Source of the DNA: Vibrio tubiashii
GTDB lineage: Bacteria > Pseudomonadota > Gammaproteobacteria > Enterobacterales > Vibrionaceae
Direction of reading: 5' to 3'
DNA: 32,000 bases
Assembly (NCBI GenBank): GCA_000775715.1
Contig: JRWQ01000001.1
Span: forward strand, 616,923-648,922
The notes below the pieces were generated by a model. It had not been told where the DNA came from. It saw only the letters and a program-made list of their open reading frames with translations, and searched no databases. Of the stretch, positions 1 through 8,858 are shown piece by piece (the stretch's first letter is position 1; each line of letters begins with the position of its first letter). Both the position numbers and the translations under genes were made by a program.

Positions 1-615
1 CTGACTGTTTGTGGTCAAGAAGCGCAATCAGACATGCTGTTTGACACTCTGATGAAAGACAAGCCGTTCTACGACCAGAGCCAAGGTGGCGTAACCTTCT
101 CTGGCGGAGAACCATTGATGCAAGCGGATTTGGTGGCAGAGCTTGCGCAGAGACTGCACGACAACCAAGTTTCGACAGCGATTGAGTCTTGCATGCATGT
201 GCCGTGGAAGAATGTCGAAAAAGCGGCACCGCACATTGATTGTTGGCTCGCGGATCTCAAACACACTGATGAAGAAAAGTTCCTTAGCTGGGCCAAGGGC
301 TCCCTAAAGCGCATCAAAGACAATTTTCGCAAGCTGGCACCGATTGCAAAAAGGATTGTGATTCGTGTTCCCGTTGTACCGGGTTTTAACGACACCATCG
401 AAGAGTTGCAAGACATCATTGATTTTGCTGTTTCATTAGAAAGCTGCCAAGAACTTCACTTGTTGCCGTATCACACGCTCGGCATCAACAAATACCGTTT
501 GCTCGATATGCCTTACCTGTGTTCTGACAAGCCATTAAACAAACCAGAACTGCTAGAAAGCGCTATGCAATACGCAAGCGACAACACCCAACTTAACGTG
601 ATTGTTAGAGGTTAA
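1..615 (+). CDS. Glycyl-radical enzyme activating enzyme (radical SAM, PflC/YbiY-like), 5'-truncated by the window edge
   Basis: Frame 1 is open from base 1 (LTVCGQEAQSD precedes the first Met at 34), so the CxxxCxxC N-terminus lies upstream. The visible part carries the FSGGEPLMQ SAM-binding motif and a VPGFND...LLPYH tail typical of GRE activases. The stop at 613-615 sits 2 nt before the GRE start, with an AGAGG RBS. Confidence 0.85.
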   Translation: MTVCGQEAQSDMLFDTLMKDKPFYDQSQGGVTFSGGEPLMQADLVAELAQRLHDNQVSTAIESCMHVPWKNVEKAAPHIDCWLADLKHTDEEKFLSWAKGSLKRIKDNFRKLAPIAKRIVIRVPVVPGFNDTIEELQDIIDFAVSLESCQELHLLPYHTLGINKYRLLDMPYLCSDKPLNKPELLESAMQYASDNTQLNVIVRG

Positions 616-617
616 CT

Positions 618-3041
618 ATGAACCTGAACACCCTTCCAGAGCGCATCAAAGCGCACAAATTGGCACTGGTAAACATCGTGACACCGCCTGTCTGTACTGA
701 GCGTGCAGAGGCATACACTCGTGCCTATCAAGCGAACGAAGATAAACCTGTCATTGTTCAACGTGCGTTAGCGCTGCAAGAACACTTACGCACTCGTACT
801 ATTTGGATTAAACACGATGAGCTGATTGTCGGTAACCAAGCGAGCAAGGTGCGTGCTGCGCCTATTTTCCCAGAGTACACAGTGCGTTGGATTGAGGCCG
901 AGATTGATGATCTCGCTGACCGACCAGGAGCGGGTTTTGCGGTTACCGAAGAAGATAAACAGAGTATCCACGCCATCACCCCATACTGGCGCGGTAAAAC
1001 GGTTCAAGATCGCTGTTATGGTCTATTTACTGATGAGCAGCAAGAGATATTAGCCAGTACTATCATCAAAGCAGAAGGCAATATGACTTCGGGTGATGCG
1101 CACCTTGCCGTCGATAACGAAAAGATCCTCAAGCTAGGTATGAATGGCCTGCTGGAAGAGGTTCGCCAACACCGCGCAAGCAATGATGTTGCAACGTATG
1201 AAGGTTTGCAGAAAGAGCAGTTCTATAAGTCGGTTGAGATCGTTTTAGTTGCTGTTCAGGACCACATAATAAGTTACGCAGAATTGGCTGAAAACATGGC
1301 TGCTGAAGAGATTCGTCCTGAGCGAAAAGCAGAACTTGAAAGCATTGCGGCTAACTGTCGTCATGTTGCTAGCCACGCACCGGAGAACTTCTGGCAAGCG
1401 CTGCAATTGAGCTATTTTGTTCAGTTGATGCTTCAAATTGAATCTAACGGTCACTCGGTCTCTTTTGGTCGTATGGACCAGTTCCTCAACGAATTTTATG
1501 TTAGTGATATCGAAAACGGCACGATTGAAAAAGACTTTGCACTAGAGCTTTTACAAAGCTGTTGGTTGAAGCTACTTGAAGTTAACAAGATCCGCTCTGG
1601 CGCACACTCTAAAGCTTCTGCAGGTTCACCTCTGTATCAAAACGTGTGTATCGGTGGTCAAAAGCTCAATGACAAGGGAGAACCAGAAGATGCAGTAAAC
1701 CCACTCTCATGGGCTATTCTCGAGTCTTGTGGGCAACTGCGTTCAACTCAACCAAACTTGAGCGTGCGTTACCATGAAGGATTGAACCAAGAATTCTTGA
1801 TGGGTTGTATTGAAGTGATTAAATGTGGCTTTGGTATGCCAGCGTTTAACAATGATGAGATTGTGATCCCCGAGTTCATCAAGCTTGGCGTAGAGAAAGA
1901 AGATGCCTACAACTACGCATCGATTGGCTGTATTGAAACCGCTGTTCCGGGCAAATGGGGTTACCGTTGTACCGGTATGAGCTTCATTAATTTTGCTCGT
2001 ATTCTGCTTGCTGCACTAAACGAAGGAGTGGATGCGACAACGGGTAAAGCGTTCTTGCCACACGATAAATCCTTGGCAAAAGGCAACTTCGCTAACTTTG
2101 GGCAAGTGACGGCGACTTGGGCTGAGCAGATCCGCTACTACGCGCGTAAGTCGATTGAGATTGATACTGTGGTGGATACTGTTCTTGAGCAACAGGCGCA
2201 AGATATCTTCTGTTCAACACTGGTGGATGATTGTTTGGCGCGCGGTAAAACTGTGAAAGAAGGCGGTGCGAAATACGATTGGGTCTCAGGTTTACAAGTA
2301 GGGATCGCAAACTTGGGTAACAGCTTAGCGGCCATCAAACACCTGGTTTTTGATGACGCGCAGATCACTCAGCCGCAGCTAGCAAAAGCATTGGCTGAAG
2401 ATTTTGATGGAAGTGAGAACGAGCAGCTTCGTCAGCGTTTAATCAACTTCGCGCCAAAATACGGTAACGATGATGATGCGGTCGACCAACTATTGGCTGA
2501 TGCTTACCAAGTTTACATCGATGAGCTAGAGCAGTTCGTCAATACTCGTCATGGTCGTGGTCCAATTGGTGGCGGTTATTACGCAGGTACATCAAGTATT
2601 TCAGCAAACGTCCCATTTGGCGCGTCAACCATGGCAACACCAGACGGTCGTAAAGCGAAAACGCCGTTAGCAGAGGGGGCAAGCCCATCATCTGGCTCAG
2701 ATCGTTTAGGTCCAACAGCGGTTTACAATTCTGTTGGTAAAATCCAAGCGAATAAGATCCTCGGTGGTGTACTGCTTAACCAGAAGTTAAGCCCAGCAGC
2801 AGTGGCGTCAGAAGGAGATAAACTCAAGCTGTCTATGTTGATTCGTACCTTCTTTAATCACCACAAAGGTTGGCACGTACAGTACAACATTGTTTCGCGC
2901 GATACCCTATTAGCGGCAAAAGAGAACCCAGAGCAATATCGTGACCTTGTTGTACGTGTTGCAGGCTACTCTGCGTTTTTCACCGCGCTTTCGCCAGATG
3001 CTCAGGATGACATCATTGCTCGTACTGAACATGAGTTATAA
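618..3041 (+). CDS. ybiW: Glycyl radical enzyme, YbiW/PflD-type (putative dehydratase/1,2-eliminase class, not a true pyruvate formate-lyase)
   Basis: 807 aa. The C-terminal glycyl-radical motif is VVRVAGYSAFF (Gly at codon 783, nt 2964-2966). The Cys loop is SIGCIETAVPGK (Cys438-Ile-Glu440, nt 1929-1937). Near-colinear similarity along the whole length to E. coli YbiW as I remember it (IKAHK..L..IV.PPVCTERA, QIESNGHSVSFGRMDQ, GMPAFNNDEIVIPEFIKLG, ARTEH end). Confidence 0.9.
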   Translation: MNLNTLPERIKAHKLALVNIVTPPVCTERAEAYTRAYQANEDKPVIVQRALALQEHLRTRTIWIKHDELIVGNQASKVRAAPIFPEYTVRWIEAEIDDLADRPGAGFAVTEEDKQSIHAITPYWRGKTVQDRCYGLFTDEQQEILASTIIKAEGNMTSGDAHLAVDNEKILKLGMNGLLEEVRQHRASNDVATYEGLQKEQFYKSVEIVLVAVQDHIISYAELAENMAAEEIRPERKAELESIAANCRHVASHAPENFWQALQLSYFVQLMLQIESNGHSVSFGRMDQFLNEFYVSDIENGTIEKDFALELLQSCWLKLLEVNKIRSGAHSKASAGSPLYQNVCIGGQKLNDKGEPEDAVNPLSWAILESCGQLRSTQPNLSVRYHEGLNQEFLMGCIEVIKCGFGMPAFNNDEIVIPEFIKLGVEKEDAYNYASIGCIETAVPGKWGYRCTGMSFINFARILLAALNEGVDATTGKAFLPHDKSLAKGNFANFGQVTATWAEQIRYYARKSIEIDTVVDTVLEQQAQDIFCSTLVDDCLARGKTVKEGGAKYDWVSGLQVGIANLGNSLAAIKHLVFDDAQITQPQLAKALAEDFDGSENEQLRQRLINFAPKYGNDDDAVDQLLADAYQVYIDELEQFVNTRHGRGPIGGGYYAGTSSISANVPFGASTMATPDGRKAKTPLAEGASPSSGSDRLGPTAVYNSVGKIQANKILGGVLLNQKLSPAAVASEGDKLKLSMLIRTFFNHHKGWHVQYNIVSRDTLLAAKENPEQYRDLVVRVAGYSAFFTALSPDAQDDIIARTEHEL

Positions 3042-3058
3042 TTGAGCCTTCATTTAGG

Positions 3059-3087
3059 TTTCAAATGAAAGAAAGAGACACTATAAT
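3059..3087 (+). promoter_or_regulatory. Candidate sigma70 promoter for the DeoR gene (TTTCAA-17 bp-TATAAT)
   Basis: TTTCAA at 3059-3064 and a perfect TATAAT at 3082-3087 with a 17-bp spacer, 30 nt upstream of the ATG at 3117. The -10 lies in the loop of the upstream terminator hairpin. Confidence 0.3.
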
Positions 3088-3106
3088 GGTGTCTCTTTTC
3101 TATTTG
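3072..3106 (+). terminator. Rho-independent terminator after the GRE gene
   Basis: Perfect 10-bp stem AAAGAGACAC (3072-3081) / GTGTCTCTTT (3089-3098), 7-nt loop TATAATG, then a T-rich TCTATTT tail. It begins 31 nt after the GRE stop. Confidence 0.8.
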
Positions 3107-3116
3107 AGTCAAAGAC

Positions 3117-3857
3117 ATGAACCCAAGGCAAAACGAAATCCTCCAGCTCGTGAATGATCGTAAACGTATTCAAGTGACTGAGCTTGTCGATGTGATCGGC
3201 GTGTCTGGGGTGACCATTCGTCAAGATTTGAACCTCTTAGAGCAAGAAGGTTACCTTAAGCGGGTTCATGGTGCGGCGATGGCGCTGCAAAGTGATGATC
3301 TTGATAGTCGCTTAGAAGTTCGTTTTGACATCAAGCAGTCACTGGCTAACAAGGCTGCCGATCTGGTCGCGCCGAATGAAACAGTGTTGATTGAAGGGGG
3401 CAGTGCTAACGCCTTGCTCGCTCGAACGTTAGCTGAACGTGGTGACGTAACCATCATTACTCCTTCGGCCTATATCGCGCATCTGATTCGCAATACTTCG
3501 GCCAACATTATTTTGCTGGGAGGTGTGTATCAGCATCAGGGTGAAAGTCTGGTTGGCCCACTCACTAAGCTCTGTATTGAGAACATCCATTTTAGTACGG
3601 CGTTTTTGGGCATTGATGGTTTCCACCAAGATACCGGCTTTACCAGTCGCGACATGATGCGCGCCGAGATCGCCGATACTATTTTGGCTAAGCAGCGTCG
3701 TAATATCATCCTGACCGATTCGAGTAAGTTTGGTCAGATTTTCCCATCGACAATTGGCACGACGAGTAATATCTCCATCTTGCTGACCGATGATTCAGCG
3801 CCTGAAGAAGATTTAGCCTACCTGAAATCGTCAGGTGTTGAAGTTGTTGTCGCTTAG
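3117..3857 (+). CDS. DeoR-family transcriptional regulator (HTH plus sugar-phosphate-binding DeoR C domain)
   Basis: 246 aa. N-terminal R..ILQLV......V.EL......S..TIRQDL..LE..G.L.RVHGGA pattern, C-terminal ..TD.SKFG... typical of DeoR/GlpR/AgaR proteins. Confidence 0.85.
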   Translation: MNPRQNEILQLVNDRKRIQVTELVDVIGVSGVTIRQDLNLLEQEGYLKRVHGAAMALQSDDLDSRLEVRFDIKQSLANKAADLVAPNETVLIEGGSANALLARTLAERGDVTIITPSAYIAHLIRNTSANIILLGGVYQHQGESLVGPLTKLCIENIHFSTAFLGIDGFHQDTGFTSRDMMRAEIADTILAKQRRNIILTDSSKFGQIFPSTIGTTSNISILLTDDSAPEEDLAYLKSSGVEVVVA

Positions 3858-3885
3858 AACGGTTGTCTAAGGTGCTAGTAGGGAA

Positions 3886-4779
3886 CTATTGACCTAGTGC
3901 CACTCTCTCTGCTGCCCTCAATCCCATTTGATAGCCCGCCTCGAGTTTTGTCTTGTCTGTGGTTAAGCGTCCAACTTGAAAGCTGTCTTCTGGAGCAATA
4001 ACGTGAATCGTGCAATCCGTGGGTGGGCTATTAATAAACTCTAACGTTTGATTGTAGCGCTCAGCCCTGTTAATTATGGCCTCAGCGAGGTTGGGAGTGC
4101 CTTTCATCATACGACGAACAAGCCAATGGGCTTTGGTCGGTTTCTTCTGATAGCCAAGTCTTTGTGAAAGAACCACAGTGATCGTTTTTGCTCCGCGTTT
4201 GTATGCCTCAATCACTGGAATCGAGTCAGATACTCCGCCATCTATCATACGTTTGCCACCCAATTTGAGGTGGTTTCGATACGCAAATGGTAAGGAGCAC
4301 GAAGCCTTGGTTAGCTGTTCAAGGTTGCTCTCGTTACCTTGAATATAAATGGGCTTACCTGACTCAACATCAGTAGTCACAACGTGGAATGGCAGAGATT
4401 GCTGGTTGAAGGCTTGCATGTCATAAGGATTGTTTTTTGCGATGTGGTCCCAAAGCCAATCGAGATCGACCCAATGACCACCTTGGGTAAACTTTTTAAA
4501 ATTGATGAAATCTGGCTGGCAAGAGTAATCCAAGATAATGGTATGAGTGCGGCCCCGTTGCTTTGAAAGCCACGAAGCAATATTGGTTGAACCTGCCGAG
4601 ACACCAATACAAAAATCGAACGGGTTGTAGTTATGGTCAAGAAAGCCATCTAGTACCCCAGCAGCAAAGATACCTCGCATCGCTCCACCTTCAATGACTA
4701 AGGCGTGTTTATTGGCGTGAGTAGGCTTTGCTTGGTTTGGTTCACTTTGACTTGGATGGGCTTTATTTTCGAACGTCAT
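3886..4779 (-). CDS. Patatin-like phospholipase (YjjU/RssA-like)
   Basis: 297 aa. Oxyanion motif GGAMRG, nucleophile elbow GVSAGS (GxSxG) and a DGG Asp of the Ser-Asp dyad (IDGGVSD). AGGAAG RBS upstream of the ATG at 4779. Confidence 0.85.
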   Translation of the reverse strand: MTFENKAHPSQSEPNQAKPTHANKHALVIEGGAMRGIFAAGVLDGFLDHNYNPFDFCIGVSAGSTNIASWLSKQRGRTHTIILDYSCQPDFINFKKFTQGGHWVDLDWLWDHIAKNNPYDMQAFNQQSLPFHVVTTDVESGKPIYIQGNESNLEQLTKASCSLPFAYRNHLKLGGKRMIDGGVSDSIPVIEAYKRGAKTITVVLSQRLGYQKKPTKAHWLVRRMMKGTPNLAEAIINRAERYNQTLEFINSPPTDCTIHVIAPEDSFQVGRLTTDKTKLEAGYQMGLRAAERVALGQ

Positions 4780-4926
4780 AACTTCCTGTCACTCTCATGT
4801 TCGTGTTTTTGAGTATTAACACTAGTCTATAACTGTGACGCGAGCAATACAGTCGCTTTCTTGATATGACTAACTCTGTGTTATGTTACTGGGCGTGTGA
4901 GTAAAGCGTCATCACAAGGAAAAGAG

Positions 4927-6069
4927 ATGCAATTGAACACTCTGATTGCTCGTCAAATCGTTGAGCGAGCGACTAAAATCATCCAGTTCCCTGTTAATGT
5001 GATGGATGAAAATGGGCAAATAATTGGATCAAGTGACCCATCTCGTTTGCATCGGACTCACGAAGGGGCTTTGCTTGCCATTCATGATAACCGCATTGTA
5101 GAAATCAATAAGACGGTTGCCAGTACATTGGTTGGTGTTAAGGAGGGGATCAACTTACCTATTTTGCACCAAGAGAGCGTGATTGGTGTGGTTGGCATAT
5201 CTGGCCAGCCTGACGAGGTGAGAAGCTACGGTGAGCTGGTCAAAATGGCCGCTGAGCTGATTGTTGAACAAGAAGCACTAATGGCACAAATTCAGTGGAA
5301 TAAGCGCCATAGGGAAGAGTTACTGCTTCAGCTTATTCAAGGCTCTACGCTTAACGAAAATCAGTTACTCTCAATTGCTGAAAGATTGGACTTAAACTTG
5401 TCCCAGCCAAGAGTCGCGGCGACGGTTAAGGTGATTCCTAAGCACGGTCAACCACTCACACAAGATCATCTGCAAAAACTGGTTCATTTGCTTGAGTATC
5501 CAGAGCGAGACAACATCGTTGGGGTAGTCTCCGTGTCTATGAATGAGGTAGTGGTACTTAAACCTATTTCGCTTATGAAAGGCACTTGGAGCCAAGAGGA
5601 GGAGCGAACTCGAGTTAAGAGATTGCTTAAACGAGTGACTAAAGAGACCGACTTCTCTATTCAAATTGCGATAGGCCAGTACTTTCCGGGCGTTGATGGC
5701 TTGTCGCGTTCTTACGAGACAGCTAAGGCGACTATGTCGCAAGTGAAAGACAGCAAGCAATCCATTTTGTTTTATCAAGATCACAAACTCGCCGTATTGG
5801 TTGGCGGCCTAAAGCAAGATCATTGGCGACGAGCCCAGTTGACCGATCCCTTACATAAATTGATGTTAACGGACACTAAAGGCGCACTTTTAAAAACGTT
5901 AGAGGTATATTTTGAGCAGGACTGCGATCTAGCTCAAACTTGTGCGGTACTCCATATTCATCGAAACACTCTCCGTTATCGATTAGAAAAGATTGAGCAA
6001 TTTACCAGTTTAAAAATCAATGACTTAGATAGCAAGGTGCAGCTCTATCTGGCTATGAAATGCCTTTGA
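4927..6069 (+). CDS. cdaR: Carbohydrate diacid regulator CdaR (PucR/SdaR family)
   Basis: Colinear with E. coli CdaR as remembered (A..IV.R....I...INVMD..G.IIGS.D..R....HEGAL, GINLP, GVVGI.G.P..VR.YGELV, C-terminal HRNTL.YRL..IE..T.L HTH). I prefer the ATG at 4927 (AAGGA RBS at 4916-4920, 6-nt spacer) over the GTG at 4897 in the ORF track. Confidence 0.85.
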   Translation: MQLNTLIARQIVERATKIIQFPVNVMDENGQIIGSSDPSRLHRTHEGALLAIHDNRIVEINKTVASTLVGVKEGINLPILHQESVIGVVGISGQPDEVRSYGELVKMAAELIVEQEALMAQIQWNKRHREELLLQLIQGSTLNENQLLSIAERLDLNLSQPRVAATVKVIPKHGQPLTQDHLQKLVHLLEYPERDNIVGVVSVSMNEVVVLKPISLMKGTWSQEEERTRVKRLLKRVTKETDFSIQIAIGQYFPGVDGLSRSYETAKATMSQVKDSKQSILFYQDHKLAVLVGGLKQDHWRRAQLTDPLHKLMLTDTKGALLKTLEVYFEQDCDLAQTCAVLHIHRNTLRYRLEKIEQFTSLKINDLDSKVQLYLAMKCL

Positions 6070-6239
6070 TTAAGTGATGGTTATTGTGCAATGTGACAAT
6101 TTATCGTGATTATGTAGAACTAAATTTGTCAATCTGCATAAAGGAATCTCGCCGTAATCTCTGAATAATAGCTCAGTTCTCTACACGATCTGATGATTTA
6201 AATAGTCAGACGAAACACAAAATAATAAACGGAGTTATC

Positions 6240-7592
6240 ATGAGTCTAATCCTAATATTGCTGGGGGTAATAGCCTTTATCGTCCTCGCAACAACCAAGT
6301 TTAAATTACATCCCTTCCTCGCACTGATTGTCGCAGCTTTCCTCGCTGCGTTTGCTTATGGTCTGCCTGCTGGCAGTATCGCTAAGACCATTGCTTCTGG
6401 TTTTGGCGGCATTTTAGGTTATATCGGCCTAGTGATCGTGCTGGGTACTATTATCGGTGTCATTCTAGAAAAAAGTGGCGCCGCCATTACTATGGCAGAT
6501 ACGGTGATCAAGGTGCTAGGTGAGCGTTTCCCGACGCTAACCATGAGTATTATTGGCTACATTGTTTCTGTGCCAGTGTTTTGTGATTCAGGGTTTGTCA
6601 TTCTGAACTCATTGAAAGAGTCGCTAGCGAATCGATTGAAAACTTCGAGCGTCGCGATGAGTGTCGCTTTGGCTACAGGTTTGTACGCCACGCATACTTT
6701 TGTTCCGCCAACGCCTGGCCCGATCGCGGCAGCAGGTAATTTGGGCTTAGAGTCAAACCTTGGTTTGGTCATCGGAGTCGGTGTTTTTGTTGCAGCGACA
6801 GCGGCCGTGGCCGGGATGTTGTGGGCAAATCGGTTTAAAGATGTTGAGCCAGATGGTGGTGACCAGTTAGAGGAAGTGAAGCAAGACTGGAAAGAGTTGA
6901 AGGCTTCATATGGGGAACTACCGACAGCGAGCCAAGCATTTGCTCCTATTTTTGTGCCAATTTTGCTTATTTGTTTTGGTTCAATCGCTAAGTTCCCAAG
7001 TTTACCTGTTGGTGACGGTGCACTGTATGAAGTGCTTTCATTCTTAGGGCAGCCTCTTACAGCATTAGTCATTGGCCTATTCCTCTCTGTCCGTCTACTA
7101 AAAAGCGACAACAAAGTTGAAGAGTTTAGTGAACGCATCAGCCAAGGTATTACGGCGGCTGCCCCAATTCTATTAATTACTGGTGCGGGCGGTGCATTTG
7201 GCGCGGTATTGAAAGCAACACCTCTAGGTGAGTATTTGGGTACAACCTTGTCAGCACTTGGTGTCGGGATCTTTATGCCATTTATTGTTGCCGCCGCGCT
7301 TAAGTCTGCACAAGGTTCGTCAACGGTTGCGCTTGTTACAACATCCGCGCTTGTTGCGCCTATGCTCGCTCAGCTAGGTCTAGATTCAGAGATGGGCCGC
7401 GTATTGACGGTTATGGCGATTGGCGCAGGTGCGATGACCGTATCTCACGCAAACGACAGCTTCTTCTGGGTAGTATCTCAGTTTAGCCGAATGTCAGTAG
7501 GGTTAGCTTATCGAGCGCAAACCATGGCAACTCTAGTCCAAGGTGTCACAGCTATGACTCTGGTCTACATTCTAAGTCTTGTTCTTCTTTAA
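6240..7592 (+). CDS. GntP-family (gluconate:H+ symporter family) permease, probably a glycerate/sugar-acid transporter
   Basis: 450 aa polytopic membrane protein with a GntP-like N-terminus and a conserved central/C-terminal Gly-rich pattern (ITGAGGAFG, KSAQGSSTVA). GGAG RBS. Sits between cdaR and glycerate kinase. Confidence 0.8.
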   Translation: MSLILILLGVIAFIVLATTKFKLHPFLALIVAAFLAAFAYGLPAGSIAKTIASGFGGILGYIGLVIVLGTIIGVILEKSGAAITMADTVIKVLGERFPTLTMSIIGYIVSVPVFCDSGFVILNSLKESLANRLKTSSVAMSVALATGLYATHTFVPPTPGPIAAAGNLGLESNLGLVIGVGVFVAATAAVAGMLWANRFKDVEPDGGDQLEEVKQDWKELKASYGELPTASQAFAPIFVPILLICFGSIAKFPSLPVGDGALYEVLSFLGQPLTALVIGLFLSVRLLKSDNKVEEFSERISQGITAAAPILLITGAGGAFGAVLKATPLGEYLGTTLSALGVGIFMPFIVAAALKSAQGSSTVALVTTSALVAPMLAQLGLDSEMGRVLTVMAIGAGAMTVSHANDSFFWVVSQFSRMSVGLAYRAQTMATLVQGVTAMTLVYILSLVLL

Positions 7593-7614
7593 CGAGCTCA
7601 ACTAAGGAGCCACT

Positions 7615-8748
7615 ATGAAAGTCGTTATCGCCCCGGACTCTTACAAAGAGAGCTTAACTGCTATGGAAGTCGCTACCGCGATTGAAAATGGCTTTAAGCA
7701 GATTATGCCTGATGTTCAGTACGTCAAATTGCCGATGGCTGATGGTGGCGAAGGGACGGTTCAGTCGCTAGTTGATGCTACTGGAGGCAAGGTCGTTTCA
7801 GTTACGGTAACCGGACCTCTTGGGCAAGCTGTTGAGGGCTTTTGGGGTTTACTTGGTGACGGTTCAACCGCAGTGATCGAGATGGCGGCTGCATCAGGTT
7901 TGCACTTAGTTGAACCAAGTCAACGCAATCCAATGTTAACGACTTCATACGGCACTGGAGAGCTGGTCAAAGCGGCTCTGGATAAAGGGGTCAAACATAT
8001 CATCATAGGTATAGGTGGCAGTGCGACCAACGATGGTGGTGTGGGAATGGCGCAGGCGTTAGGAGCAAAATTGCTTGATGAATATGGTAAAGATTTGGCT
8101 TTTGGGGGAGGCGCATTGGCTAATCTCGCGGCTATCGATTTATCTGAGCTCGACCCTCGTTTATCTAATGTTCAGCTAGAAGTCGCATGCGATGTTGATA
8201 ATCCGCTATGTGGTTTAAAAGGAGCGTCGCATATCTTCGGTCCTCAGAAAGGCGCAACGCCTGAAATGGTTGAGCAGCTTGATAGCAATCTTGCCCACTA
8301 TGCTGAGGTGATCCGCCAAACCACTGGTAAACACGTGATCAATCAAGCGGGAGCAGGCGCAGCTGGTGGGCTTGGCGCAGCGTTGCTTGGCTTGTTTGAT
8401 GCCAGCTTGCGGCCAGGCATTAGCATAGTGATGGATGCAGTAAATCTATCAGAAGTGGTGAAAGACGCTGATTTAGTGATCACGGGTGAAGGGCGTATCG
8501 ATAGCCAAACGATTCACGGCAAAACTCCCATAGGAGTGGCGCGTGTGGCCAAACAATACGAACTACCTGTGATTGGTATTGCAGGCAGTATTGCCAAAGA
8601 TTGCGCGGTGGTACATGAGCAGGGTATTGATGCAGTTTACAGTGTTGTTTTGGGAGCTACTGACTTACCAACTGCTCTTAAAGAAGCGGCGTTTAATGTT
8701 GAAATGACGTCACGCAATGTTGCTGCCGCATTGGCACTCTCACTTTAA
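7615..8748 (+). CDS. glxK: Glycerate kinase (GlxK/GarK family)
   Basis: 377 aa. MKVVIAPDSYKESL N-terminus, PMADGGEGT, IGIGGSATNDGG and ITGEG.ID.Q...GK.P motifs characteristic of glycerate kinase. AAGGAG RBS. Confidence 0.9.
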   Translation: MKVVIAPDSYKESLTAMEVATAIENGFKQIMPDVQYVKLPMADGGEGTVQSLVDATGGKVVSVTVTGPLGQAVEGFWGLLGDGSTAVIEMAAASGLHLVEPSQRNPMLTTSYGTGELVKAALDKGVKHIIIGIGGSATNDGGVGMAQALGAKLLDEYGKDLAFGGGALANLAAIDLSELDPRLSNVQLEVACDVDNPLCGLKGASHIFGPQKGATPEMVEQLDSNLAHYAEVIRQTTGKHVINQAGAGAAGGLGAALLGLFDASLRPGISIVMDAVNLSEVVKDADLVITGEGRIDSQTIHGKTPIGVARVAKQYELPVIGIAGSIAKDCAVVHEQGIDAVYSVVLGATDLPTALKEAAFNVEMTSRNVAAALALSL

Positions 8749-8770
8749 TAACCAACCCCTTTACACTGTA

Positions 8771-8800
8771 AACGGCCGCTTATCAGCGGCCGTTTTTTTT
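8771..8800 (+). terminator. Rho-independent terminator after glycerate kinase
   Basis: AACGGCCGCT / AGCGGCCGTT GC-rich stem with a short TATC loop, followed by T8 (8793-8800). Confidence 0.9.
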
Positions 8801-8858
8801 GAACAAACAAACTTGCGTTATTTGTTGGAGAAATAAATCGTTCACTAAAGATAAATGC

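Noticed and set aside
3886-4779. Patatin-like protein as an effector of an anti-phage system (CBASS-like or similar).
   Set aside because: There is no cyclase, sensor, E1/E2, NTPase or other defence partner adjacent. The gene is monocistronic between a DeoR regulator and cdaR, which fits a housekeeping YjjU/RssA-like lipase.
6092-6109. CRP-like TGTGA in the permease promoter (TGTGACAATTTATCGTGA).
   Set aside because: The right half (ATCGT) does not resemble TCACA at the required 6-nt spacing.
6557-7138. 193-aa minus-strand ORF antisense to the GntP permease. Similar long antisense ORFs occur at 69-419, 5392-5784, 17276-17746, 22196-22705, 25011-25391 and 30172-30522.
   Set aside because: Each lies entirely inside a well-supported gene on the other strand. 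They have low-complexity Ser/Ala/Arg/Pro-rich translations with no recognisable motifs and no RBS, so they are typical shadow ORFs.
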